From a virus (taxonomy: Duplodnaviria; Caudoviricetes), in the IMG/VR virus record IMGVR_UViG_2636415703_000001, positions 30,143-94,142 of that record: DNA of 64,000 nucleotides; one strand, 5' to 3'. Below the pieces are notes generated by a model. That model made no database searches, was not told where the DNA came from, and saw only the letters and a list, made by a program, of their open reading frames with translations. Shown here piece by piece: positions 45,709-54,168 of this stretch. Each line of letters opens with the position of its first letter. Within the stretch, counting starts at the first letter, position 1. Position numbers and translations under genes: made by a program.

Positions 45709-46452
45709 TCAATCAGTTTTTTCACTGATTTTTTTTACATTCCGATCGATGTATTCGTGGACACCCTCTACGAAGGTGCGAATGTGAGAAATGCAAGAAT
45801 CGACCTGAGCCAAGTCAATGTTGATTTCTTCGCCATTACGATTTTTGCCGTTACGATGAACAATATCATGCCGTAACTCAGTTAAAACGCGAATCACCTT
45901 ATTACCTTCATCAAAAACTGATGGGAATTGTTCGCCAATAACATCTGTATAGACTTTCGAAACCTTATCCATATTATGATAAATGACATGTGTCAAATGC
46001 CCCATTATTGCATTATCTAAAATATCTTTTGGATTTTTGTCAAGAAGGTCAGGAGCATATATTCTTAAAGTTTTAAGATCATTTATATTTTTAATAGCAT
46101 TACACCTGAATGCCTCGTATTGCATAGTTACAGCTTTTATCATTTCGCTTAGGCATGACTCCATCAGTGTCACAGCATAGGAGAATCGCATTTTTAAATA
46201 AATGCTACTATTGCCTGTTCTGATTTCTGACAAACTTACTGACTCAAGCTCGTTAAGGAAATCTTTATATATTGCAGTATGCCTATGTAGCTTTGACCAT
46301 TTTACTTCCGATAAATAGTCATCTAAGGAGCCATAATCCGCTTTCTGCAATACCAGCATGCTACTCATCAAATGTTCCGCACCTGAAAACATACTTTCAA
46401 TCTCACTTTTCGTGAGTGACCCATCGTTTTCGTTATTTTCTCTCTTAATCAT
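45709..46452 (-). CDS. AT-rich HEPN-domain protein
   Basis: RHDIVH (Rx4H) followed by RNG; helical; low GC. Confidence 0.7.
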   Translation of the reverse strand: MIKRENNENDGSLTKSEIESMFSGAEHLMSSMLVLQKADYGSLDDYLSEVKWSKLHRHTAIYKDFLNELESVSLSEIRTGNSSIYLKMRFSYAVTLMESCLSEMIKAVTMQYEAFRCNAIKNINDLKTLRIYAPDLLDKNPKDILDNAIMGHLTHVIYHNMDKVSKVYTDVIGEQFPSVFDEGNKVIRVLTELRHDIVHRNGKNRNGEEINIDLAQVDSCISHIRTFVEGVHEYIDRNVKKISEKTD

Positions 46453-46494
46453 TCTTTATTCCTTTAAAGTCTCATTCATGGCTAATTCAATCTG

Positions 46495-47172
46495 TTATGT
46501 AGATAACTCAACCGTTTTTTTGGGGAGCAAATGGATGATACCAGCCAAGTCATAGGCTTTAACCATTAATTCCTCCTCAGTTCCGTTGTATCGACTGAAC
46601 TCCGCCTTACCGCCCGTGATGCCGTCCGCATGCACAGGCACCAGCCAGGGGAACTCAGCGCGAACGTGTGCCGGTGCAGCGTGCTGGTGGTGCGGGTTGC
46701 AAAGGGGTAGCTGTAGCAGGTGTGCACCGGGTTTAGTGCGCCCGTCAATGTGATGCAGGCTGATCAGCGTTGATTCCTTCCCATGCTGAAGGCAGGCAAT
46801 GCAGGGTAGTTTCCCCAGTGCATCCATAACCACGCGCTCGGCTGCGGTCGGGGTGCGCCCTTTAAGGCCTCTGCCTGACGCGCTGGTGCGTGTTTGCCGC
46901 TTCGGTGTCACAGGTGCAGGCTTTTTCTCTTTCAGGCGCTCAGAGACGCTTACAGCGCGTTTAACTGCTTTAGCTCTTTGCTCTGCGATCCATTCTGGGG
47001 AATTACGCTTCTCAATCTGCCTGGCTATCATCCTGCTGCTGGTCGCCTTCTGCTTTGCATACTGCTGCTGGCGATACTCCGGGTCTGCCAGCTTTGCTGC
47101 CTGTTTATCGCGCTGGCGCTGCTGCGCTCTGGCCTGCTTTTCCCGTGCTGCCTGAAAATCTGCATTTTCCAT
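46495..47172 (-). CDS. ref: Recombination enhancement nuclease Ref (HNH-like)
   Basis: Basic N-terminus; GLKGRTPTAAE, CIAC, HHIDGR and PLCxxHH motifs. Confidence 0.9.
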   Translation of the reverse strand: MENADFQAAREKQARAQQRQRDKQAAKLADPEYRQQQYAKQKATSSRMIARQIEKRNSPEWIAEQRAKAVKRAVSVSERLKEKKPAPVTPKRQTRTSASGRGLKGRTPTAAERVVMDALGKLPCIACLQHGKESTLISLHHIDGRTKPGAHLLQLPLCNPHHQHAAPAHVRAEFPWLVPVHADGITGGKAEFSRYNGTEEELMVKAYDLAGIIHLLPKKTVELST

Positions 47173-47184
47173 GAATTAACCAAA

Positions 47185-47202
47185 TCTAAATTATTTTTTA
47201 GA
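47185..47202. promoter_or_regulatory. Candidate repressor operator upstream of ref
   Basis: TCTAAA-N6-TTTAGA. Confidence 0.45.
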
Positions 47203-47273
47203 TTGTTGATCACCTTCTGGCTACAGTAAAGCGATATGGAATTGACCACGGGAGAAATCTAACCTCGAAAAAC

Positions 47274-47312
47274 ATAACGTAGATGTTGTCTTTATTAACA
47301 CTTATGTTATCA
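47274..47312 (+). promoter_or_regulatory. Putative HicB operators in the hicAB promoter
   Basis: Two tandem imperfect palindromes ATAACGTAGATGTTGT and TTAACACTTATGTTAT. Confidence 0.4.
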
Positions 47313-47352
47313 TTCTTTTCGTGGCGCACAGCCACAGAAAGCAAGGAGCGAA

Positions 47353-47535
47353 ATGAAGTACAGCGAGTTTCGCAGGTGGTTACTCAGTATGGGGGTGGAG
47401 TTAACGAAATCCCCAGGTGGAAGCAGTCACTTTAAAGCGAGGTACAATGGCCGTATAAGCATTGTTCCTTTCCACGGGGCAAAGGAGATACCAGAGCCTC
47501 TACGGAAGAAAATAATTAAGGATTTGGGGCTTTAG
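47353..47535 (+). CDS. hicA: HicA mRNA interferase toxin
   Basis: GSSH and VPFHG.KEI motifs, 60 aa. Confidence 0.9.
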   Translation: MKYSEFRRWLLSMGVELTKSPGGSSHFKARYNGRISIVPFHGAKEIPEPLRKKIIKDLGL

Positions 47536-47571
47536 GCCCCACCTTTTTCGTATCTGCTGCAGGAGAAAACC

Positions 47572-48021
47572 ATGTTTGTATACCCGGTACAGTTGGAGCA
47601 CGACAAGGCAACCGGTTCTTATGTTGTTTCATGTCGTGATCTGCCGTTACTGAACTCAGTAGGCGATACGGTGGAGGATGCGCTGCTAAATGCAGCTGAA
47701 GCCGTTGTTCTGGCAATCTCCATCGAAATGGACGAGCGTCGTATGGTGCCGCATACCAGCAAGGCGCAGCCGGGGGAATACCTCGTCGGTGTGCCGGTGC
47801 TGGTGGCCATGAAGGCTGTTTTGCACAATTTGATGATCGAGACTGGCACGCGAAAAGCAGACTTGGCGCGCAGCATGAATCTGAAAGGCCCGCAGGTTGA
47901 CCGGCTGCTCGATGTGCATCATCCGTCAAAGGTGGAATCAGTCGAGCATGCTATCCACCAGCTTGGACGGACAGTTAGGCTGGGGTCGGTAGAAGCGTTT
48001 GCACCGAACAAACCAGTGTGA
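47572..48021 (+). CDS. hicB: HicB antitoxin with C-terminal HTH
   Basis: YVVSCRDLP..SVGDT.EDAL and KADLAR motifs. Confidence 0.9.
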   Translation: MFVYPVQLEHDKATGSYVVSCRDLPLLNSVGDTVEDALLNAAEAVVLAISIEMDERRMVPHTSKAQPGEYLVGVPVLVAMKAVLHNLMIETGTRKADLARSMNLKGPQVDRLLDVHHPSKVESVEHAIHQLGRTVRLGSVEAFAPNKPV

Positions 48022-48030
48022 TGGGGCCAG

Positions 48031-48275
48031 CGTGGATAATTTGTTGTTTATTGAGTTATCCACTTATCCACCGGATAGATCATATAAATCGATCATATAT
48101 AGATCCTATTTAGATCAAATAAGATCACCTGCTTTTTAGGATGATGATTTTATTGATAAATATTACACTTCGCGTTGTTGGTTTCATGGTAATTGTTGCT
48201 GGTTTCATGGTGAATGTTGCTGGTTTCATGGTGAATGTTGTTGGTTTCATGGTAGGGTGTTGCTGGTTTCATGGT
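48031..48275 (+). promoter_or_regulatory. Plasmid origin (oriR-like)
   Basis: Three DnaA-like boxes (48031, 48056, 48064), five GATC sites (48078-48126), an AT-rich spacer and five iterons. Confidence 0.9.
48174..48275 (+). repeat. Five origin iterons GTTG(C/T)TGGTTTCATGGT
   Basis: Starts at 48174, 48195, 48216, 48237 and 48259 (21-22 bp period). Confidence 0.95.
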
Positions 48276-48318
48276 AGCGCAGCGAATTACCCACATTGAT
48301 CGCTAAAAGGTTCTTTCG

Positions 48319-49200
48319 ATGGAAAATGACGAAGAAATCAAGACGATAGGTGATGCTCTGGTGTACAGCTCTGAGCAAGAAGCGAAAAGTTATACACTGA
48401 CACCTACAGCTAATCGGACAGTCCAGCCGATCGCGTTGATGCGTTTGGGGGTCTTTGTGCCTGCTGTCCGTAATAAACCCCAGCGCGGGAATGCTGTCAT
48501 TGATGCGTCTGAAGACTTTGGTCAGCTGGAGATAGCGAAAGCAGAGGGCTACACCAATATCATGATTAAGGGCAGCAGGCTCGATATGAGCACTGACTTT
48601 AAGACGTGGATCGGTGCTATCCGGGCATTCAGTAAGTATGGTGCTGACAGCAATCGCATTAAGTTACCGTTTACCGAATTTGCCAAGCTGTGCGGAATAG
48701 CTGTCGATGACATTAATCAGCGTTCTCGCGATCGCTTCTTCAACTCCTTTCTAAGACTGGCCTCTCTTGTCGTCTCGTTCAAAAACAAAGACGGCAGCAA
48801 AGTGACCATTACGCACCTACTCAATAGCGCCCATTTTGATACTGAGAAAGACATTATCACTCTGGAAGGGGACTCCCGGCTGTGGGAGCTTTACGCCTTT
48901 GATCACAAGGTGTTACTCCAGCTAAAAGCTATCCAGGCATTGCCGCGCAAAGAGTCGGCCCAGGCGCTCTATGTTTACATCGAGAGCCTGCCTACTGGCT
49001 TCCTGCAGGTGTCGTTAGAGCGTCTTCGTGATCGCCTCAACTTGAACTCCACTATCAGCACACAGAACAACGTAGTCCGTAAAGCCATGAAAGAGCTGGC
49101 CGACATAGGATACCTGTCGTTCACTGAAGTTAAGAAGAATGGCGTGGTTTACTTCCAGATTCACTCTCGAAAGCCTGACCTCCTTCCAAACAAAGAATAA
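48319..49200 (+). CDS. repA: Plasmid replication initiator (P1 RepA / RepFIB family)
   Basis: TVQPIALMRLGVFVP and RLDMSTDFKTWIG motifs; flanked by iterons. Confidence 0.92.
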   Translation: MENDEEIKTIGDALVYSSEQEAKSYTLTPTANRTVQPIALMRLGVFVPAVRNKPQRGNAVIDASEDFGQLEIAKAEGYTNIMIKGSRLDMSTDFKTWIGAIRAFSKYGADSNRIKLPFTEFAKLCGIAVDDINQRSRDRFFNSFLRLASLVVSFKNKDGSKVTITHLLNSAHFDTEKDIITLEGDSRLWELYAFDHKVLLQLKAIQALPRKESAQALYVYIESLPTGFLQVSLERLRDRLNLNSTISTQNNVVRKAMKELADIGYLSFTEVKKNGVVYFQIHSRKPDLLPNKE

Positions 49201-49202
49201 TC

Positions 49203-49712
49203 ATTGCTGGTTTCATGGTAAGCGTTGTTGGTTTCATGGTGAACATTGTTGGTTTCATGGAAGCATTGCTGGAATATCGGTAGTTAATGCTAATGGCTCA
49301 GCTTTTTAGAGTGTTTTTTACTCACAAATGGCTGCTACCATGAAATCGACAACGCTTTTTGTGATTGAGTTGGCGTATTGCCATGAAACCAGCAACGCTG
49401 GTTACTCTCATAGTCGTGTTCACCATGAAACCAGCAACTGCAAAGGGAACACAGCTGTTAAGCCATGAATCCAGCAATGCCACAGTAAAGGTATTACGAT
49501 AGTAAGCTATCTGCGGTGTAAAACTGCATTGTCTTGTCAAAGCAGCACATCAGCAAACCCACGTGAAGAGTATGTGATAGATGTTGCTGGTTTCATGGCA
49601 ACTCTATAATCAACAACTTTATGAGGATAAAATTTGAGCGGCAAAATTGTTTTGCCATGAATAGAGCAACGTTGGTGGAAAAAGCGACTATTTCGCCATG
49701 AGCCAACTATCT
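49203..49712. repeat. incA-like copy-control iteron array (about 10 copies, both orientations)
   Basis: Direct copies at 49203, 49224, 49245 and 49583; inverted copies at 49337, 49380, 49422, 49462 and 49655; further degenerate copies. Confidence 0.9.
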
Positions 49713-49728
49713 TTCACAAGGACCAAGG

Positions 49729-50439
49729 ATGTTTGATTTTAACAATTTTCCGCCCCAGTTTTTGCACACTGATGTCAGTCTCACATTAAGCATTATTGAT
49801 TCTTTTATTAATCAAACAGAAGTGTCAATTGCAGAAAGTGTTGAAAAGTTCTATCAAAATTCACCAGAAGAGATCGAACTAGATTTTCGAGATGATGAAG
49901 GAAATTTCATTAGTATTGACTACTACATGGGACTTGATAGTAGCTCTGTAGATCTGCATGACATGTTCACGTCATATTACCCCAGCATAACTCGGCGCTC
50001 TGTTTTTTTGACTCTTTATGGAATGCTTGAGCATGATTTTGAAAAGCTGTGTAATGGTTTTGCAAATCATCATGGAGCGCCAGTAAAGCTATCTGAGCTT
50101 AAAGGTAATGGCTTTGAGCGTTGCGATTTGTTTACGCGAAAGATCATAGGAATGCCAACTTCAGAGCATTTCTCTCTTGTCAAGAAAGTGACAAAGCTAC
50201 GCAATGCTTGTGCGCATAATGATGCAAGATTTGTTGAAAACGATGGAAGACCTATTCGTGAATTAGAAGAACTAATGCGCTTACATCCCGAGGTACTAGT
50301 CTGCGATCAAAAGCAGGTTAATTTCAAAGAAGGATCACTTCAGACGCTTACTGCAATATTGAAAAACTACTTCAACGATGTAGAGAAAGCTCTAAAGGCT
50401 CTTAAAAAACCTGACCCTTTTATTGCATTCCATAAGTGA
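49729..50439 (+). CDS. AT-rich HEPN-domain protein
   Basis: RNACAH (Rx4H) motif, upstream LEH; AAGGA SD. Confidence 0.7.
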   Translation: MFDFNNFPPQFLHTDVSLTLSIIDSFINQTEVSIAESVEKFYQNSPEEIELDFRDDEGNFISIDYYMGLDSSSVDLHDMFTSYYPSITRRSVFLTLYGMLEHDFEKLCNGFANHHGAPVKLSELKGNGFERCDLFTRKIIGMPTSEHFSLVKKVTKLRNACAHNDARFVENDGRPIRELEELMRLHPEVLVCDQKQVNFKEGSLQTLTAILKNYFNDVEKALKALKKPDPFIAFHK

Positions 50440-50461
50440 AAAAGCCGCCCTAAGGCGGCTT
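50439..50461. terminator. Terminator between convergent genes
   Basis: AAAAAGCCGCC-CTAA-GGCGGCTT; the U tract lies on the minus strand. Confidence 0.75.
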
Positions 50462-50464
50462 GAA

Positions 50465-50596
50465 TCACTTGTATTGGTTTATGGTAATAGGAAAGTTGAG
50501 AATGGTATTAACCTGCCAACCATTTTCAGCACCTTGTGTATTCCATAATGCCAAAAACAGGGTCACGGCCAAGCCGTAAATCTCGCTTTTGCTCAT
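50465..50596 (-). CDS. 43-aa hydrophobic peptide, candidate type I toxin
   Basis: MSKSEIYGLAVTLFLALW...; SD within hairpin GGTTC-AATG-GAACC; terminator immediately after the stop. Confidence 0.55.
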   Translation of the reverse strand: MSKSEIYGLAVTLFLALWNTQGAENGWQVNTILNFPITINQYK

Positions 50597-50918
50597 TATC
50601 TGGTTCCATTGAACCGCTGGCCTTCGGCTAGCCACATGCGCATTAGAGAAGGCTAACGCAGATGCTTGCGGGTGAAAATTAAGGTAACTCTGACGCCGAT
50701 AAATGGGCTGAGAATCCCGTCTACCTTCCTGTTTGTACAATCAAAGCATTCCACCGATCGCTGAACCTTTGCAAACTTTTTTTTTCAGAAAAGTGATATA
50801 AATTTCTCCCCTTTAAATTTTCAGCAATATCAGATAATTATAAACTTTTAAATTCTTAAAAACTGGCGGCGCTGGTGCTTGACACTGTATGTTGGGTGGT
50901 GTTAGTGCAGCCTTGCTC

Positions 50919-50946
50919 TTGAAACGGAAGCAACAAACCGTATACT
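50919..50946 (+). promoter_or_regulatory. Sigma70 promoter of the sRNA
   Basis: TTGAAA-16-TATACT. Confidence 0.7.
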
Positions 50947-50952
50947 GACTTC

Positions 50953-51089
50953 GAAGGCTAACGCAGGTGTTTTCGAAAGATTACTTCCCTGTTGCCCGCG
51001 AAGATTGCCTGAGAACAATTTTCGCATTCTGGATAAATGCTTGAGAACATTTCCCGGATTCAATTAAGCCGCCTTCGGGCGGTTTTTTT
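50953..51089 (+). ncRNA. About 137-nt sRNA, candidate antitoxin
   Basis: Bounded by a promoter and a GCCGCC-TTCG-GGCGGT(T)n terminator; no contained ORF; first 20 nt complementary to the minus-strand leader at 50648-50667. Confidence 0.65.
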
Positions 51090-51460
51090 GTATTTGCTGA
51101 ACAATCTTTGCTTATGAAGTAAGCATGACATAAATATAACTCAATACAATACCTTGACCGCGCGTTGAATCTTATCTCGTAATAATTACTCATCTAATAG
51201 TTAATTATATCAAAGACATGGCTTGTGGATAACTTTTAGTTAATTTGATCGAATGCGTATTTCTTATTCAATCCTAAGGATTCAGTAAGGCAACTCCCAT
51301 CAATTCGTCATGGCTTGCAGTATAACACGGTCGGTTTTGTGAATTATCCTGCGAATGTCAACGCGGTTAACCTGCAGAGCCAGAGCTATAGATCGCAGGA
51401 GCTGGGGAGGCGAAGCTGTATCAACATACAGCTTGGCAGAGGCGGAATGATGGCAGGTTC

Positions 51461-51691
51461 TTAGATATTATTTTTCAGTAGGGCAAAAAGCATTGGCCTG
51501 CTATCAATGGTGTTTCCCTTCAGGTCTTTACATACCCAATTCTTTTTCAGAAACGTGATATAGCAGTCAGTGCGATTTATCCGTAACGGCTCGGTTCGAC
51601 CAGCTTCTACAAAGCCTTTTGCCTTCCAGTAGCCGCGCATTTTGTCCAACTCGATCTGCTTCAAACTTAAGTTCATAAGTGCAAAATTCAT
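51461..51691 (-). CDS. Hypothetical protein
   Basis: 76-aa ORF divergent from umuD. Confidence 0.5.
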   Translation of the reverse strand: MNFALMNLSLKQIELDKMRGYWKAKGFVEAGRTEPLRINRTDCYITFLKKNWVCKDLKGNTIDSRPMLFALLKNNI

Positions 51692-51758
51692 AAAGTTTTA
51701 GAATGAACTTATTCTTATATGAAATCGCCCACTGGTCAATTCCATAACCTTAATCTTA

Positions 51759-51778
51759 TACTGTGTTTTTATACAGTT
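51759..51778 (+). promoter_or_regulatory. LexA (SOS) box
   Basis: TACTGTGTTTTTATACAGTT upstream of umuD. Confidence 0.9.
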
Positions 51779-51796
51779 AAAAAGGAGGGGGTGAGT

Positions 51797-52237
51797 ATGC
51801 GCTTAGAAATAATTGCAATGCCTGACGAAGCCGCGCCACGACAGGCTTTCAGGCAGTTTATAGAAAAAGTGGCGGCGGGGTTTCCGTCTCCAGCTATCGG
51901 ATATGAAGACACGCCACTGGACCTGAATGAGTATTGCGTCAGAGCCAAAACGGCCACTTATTTCGTCCGCTGCGAAGGCGAGTCGATGATTGGGGCCGGT
52001 ATTTTTGACGGCGATCTGCTGGTGGTAGATAAATCGAAGGCGGCGGCAGACGGGCAGATCGTGATTGCCTCTGTGGACGGAGAGTTTACGGTAAAAAAGC
52101 TACAGCTGAGGCCGGTGCCGATGCTGCTGGCCATGAACCCGCGCTATAAGCCGATCCCTGTCGAGCCTGATGGTCTGGAAATATGGGGGGTGGTGACATA
52201 CGTCATCCACCGTACTGACAATGTTCCTGCACAGTGA
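51797..52237 (+). CDS. umuD: DNA polymerase V subunit UmuD
   Basis: AGFPSPA cleavage site, GESM and FTVKKL motifs; AGGAG SD. Confidence 0.95.
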   Translation: MRLEIIAMPDEAAPRQAFRQFIEKVAAGFPSPAIGYEDTPLDLNEYCVRAKTATYFVRCEGESMIGAGIFDGDLLVVDKSKAAADGQIVIASVDGEFTVKKLQLRPVPMLLAMNPRYKPIPVEPDGLEIWGVVTYVIHRTDNVPAQ

Positions 52238-53486
52238 CGTTAACGCCTTCTACGTGTCGGCCGAGCTGGCATTTAGGCCGGACCTTTACGGGCGTCCTGT
52301 CGTGGTGGCGACCAACAATGATGGCTGTATTGCGGCGCTGAACCGTGAGGCGAAAAACGTAGGCCTGAAGCGGGGCGATCCGCTGTTTAAAATCCGCGAT
52401 ACCATCCGGCGTTACGGTGTGGTGGTGTTCAGCAGCAACTACACGCTGTATGACGCATTCAGCAAGCGTTTCCATACGATCGTGGGCGAGTATGTCCCTA
52501 ACCTGGAAGCGTACTCGATCGACGAGGTTTTCGGCTCTCTGGACGGTATGGAAAAGCTGGTGGAATTTCAGACATTCGGGGAAGAGATCCGGCGCACTGT
52601 TATCCAGCACACAACGATGAAGTGCGGTATAGGGATAGCAGAGACGAAGACGCTCTGTAAGGTAGCCACGCATGCAGCAAAGACTTGGCCCAAAACAGGC
52701 GGCGTGGTGGTGCTGACCGACCCGAAGAGGCGCGACAAGCTGCTGTCGCTGCTCGACGTCTCCGAAACTTGGGGTGTCGGCAGAAAGATAGGGGCCAGGC
52801 TGCAGCTGATGAACATCAAAACGATGCTCGACCTTGCCCGTGCTGACACAACCATGATCCGTAAAAACTTCAATGTGATGCTGGAGCGCACGGTCCGGGA
52901 GCTGCGCGGCGAACGCTGCTTTGAGCTCGAAGATAACCCGCCAACAAAACAGCAGATTGTGGTGAGCCGTTCGTTCGGCAAACGCCTCAGCAGTCTGGAT
53001 GAAGTGAGTAACGCGGTCTGCTTCTTTGCCACCAGCGCCGGTGAAAAACTGCGGCGTGAAAAGCAGTACTGCCGGAACATTACGGTATTCATTCAGACAA
53101 GCAAACACGATCCGCGCCGCCCGTATTATTCACGCGGCGCCAGCCATTCGTTTACGACGGCCACACAGGATACCCGCGATCTGATTGATGCTGCCGTGCG
53201 CGGCCTTAAGGCTATCTGGCGCGACGGCTACGAGTATGCGAAGGCCGGGGTGATGCTGGGGGAGTTCTGCGGTTCAGAGCAGCAGCTAAACCTGTTTGAC
53301 GAGGCTCCGCCACGTCCTGGCAGCGATAAACTGATGGCCGTGATGGATAAGCTGAACAGCTATCAGCGCGGCACGCTGTTTATTGCTGGTCAGGGCGTCA
53401 ATCCGGCCTACCAGATGAAGCGGGAAATGTTATCTCCACGTTATCTGACGCGCTGGGAAGAGTTACCCATCGTAAAGATGAAATAA
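52221..53486 (+). CDS. umuC: DNA polymerase V subunit UmuC
   Basis: DVNAFY, NNDGC, YSIDE, SRSFG and MKREMLSP motifs. Confidence 0.95.
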   Translation: MFLHSDVNAFYVSAELAFRPDLYGRPVVVATNNDGCIAALNREAKNVGLKRGDPLFKIRDTIRRYGVVVFSSNYTLYDAFSKRFHTIVGEYVPNLEAYSIDEVFGSLDGMEKLVEFQTFGEEIRRTVIQHTTMKCGIGIAETKTLCKVATHAAKTWPKTGGVVVLTDPKRRDKLLSLLDVSETWGVGRKIGARLQLMNIKTMLDLARADTTMIRKNFNVMLERTVRELRGERCFELEDNPPTKQQIVVSRSFGKRLSSLDEVSNAVCFFATSAGEKLRREKQYCRNITVFIQTSKHDPRRPYYSRGASHSFTTATQDTRDLIDAAVRGLKAIWRDGYEYAKAGVMLGEFCGSEQQLNLFDEAPPRPGSDKLMAVMDKLNSYQRGTLFIAGQGVNPAYQMKREMLSPRYLTRWEELPIVKMK

Positions 53487-53675
53487 TTTGCGATAAGTAC
53501 ATTATTATCAGTAATTTAACTTAATTATAATTGCGGAGTGGTTAGTGCCACTACTTTTAGTAGTTGCGCTGATCACTTCTTGATCGCTTCTTAGAGTGTG
53601 CCTACAATCAGAAAAAACTGAAAACGCATAAGATTATGAAATGCGTTAACTTTTCTGGCTTGGAGTTGTACGGAT

Positions 53676-53822
53676 ATGACTGACACAGCAAACTTAGCTT
53701 TTATTTTAATGACGTTTTTCTTTGCAGTACTGGCACTGGCAACTGTCGCTACATTGTTCAGATTGCCTGCGATGATGCGCGCATTTGACGACTATATAGC
53801 AAAATCAAACACGCCAAACTAA
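53676..53822 (+). CDS. 48-aa single-TM small protein
   Basis: MTDTANLAFILMTFFFAVLALATVATLFR...; below the ORF-track cutoff. Confidence 0.5.
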   Translation: MTDTANLAFILMTFFFAVLALATVATLFRLPAMMRAFDDYIAKSNTPN

Positions 53823-53991
53823 TCCCCTGATACACCCCGCTTTAAATTTTTGCCTATCTGATGACCTGCTGGCTGTACCTTAAGCCAGCGGGTCTTAGTC
53901 TTATCTTTTAAATGTAAGTTTAAGATTAAATTTAAATAAATTTTAGAATGTAATAAACTTAAGTGCGGAATTAACCACTGGAATATTACAT

Positions 53992-54168
53992 ATGACCGGC
54001 ACTGCTAAACCCCTCAATCTGAGCCAGCCGTTTCTCGTCAGCGCTTTAATCGCTGAAATCGCAAAACAATCACCTCATACCAATGTGAACAATGCGCAGT
54101 TCGCTGCCATTGTGGATGCGGTTAACCATGTAGTTGCTGCCTTCAACCGTGATAGCGGTGATGCCTGA
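53992..54168 (+). CDS. 58-aa hypothetical protein
   Basis: TGATG coupling to the next gene. Confidence 0.6.
   Translation: MTGTAKPLNLSQPFLVSALIAEIAKQSPHTNVNNAQFAAIVDAVNHVVAAFNRDSGDA

Noticed and set aside
48174-49712. Regular 17-bp repeats as a CRISPR array
   Set aside because: Spacers are only 4-5 bp, orientations are mixed, the repeats flank repA and there are no cas genes; these are iterons.
50597-50740. 91-aa version of the peptide ORF (TTG start)
   Set aside because: The extension covers the structured leader and sRNA target and has no SD; the ATG at 50596 fits better.
52203-53108. 301-aa minus-strand ORF
   Set aside because: Antisense shadow of umuC.
128-53981. CCACTGG recurring in intergenic regions (about 129, 1576, 30950, 51729, 53975)
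   Set aside because: Too short, with inconsistent position relative to promoters; cannot be separated from chance without statistics.
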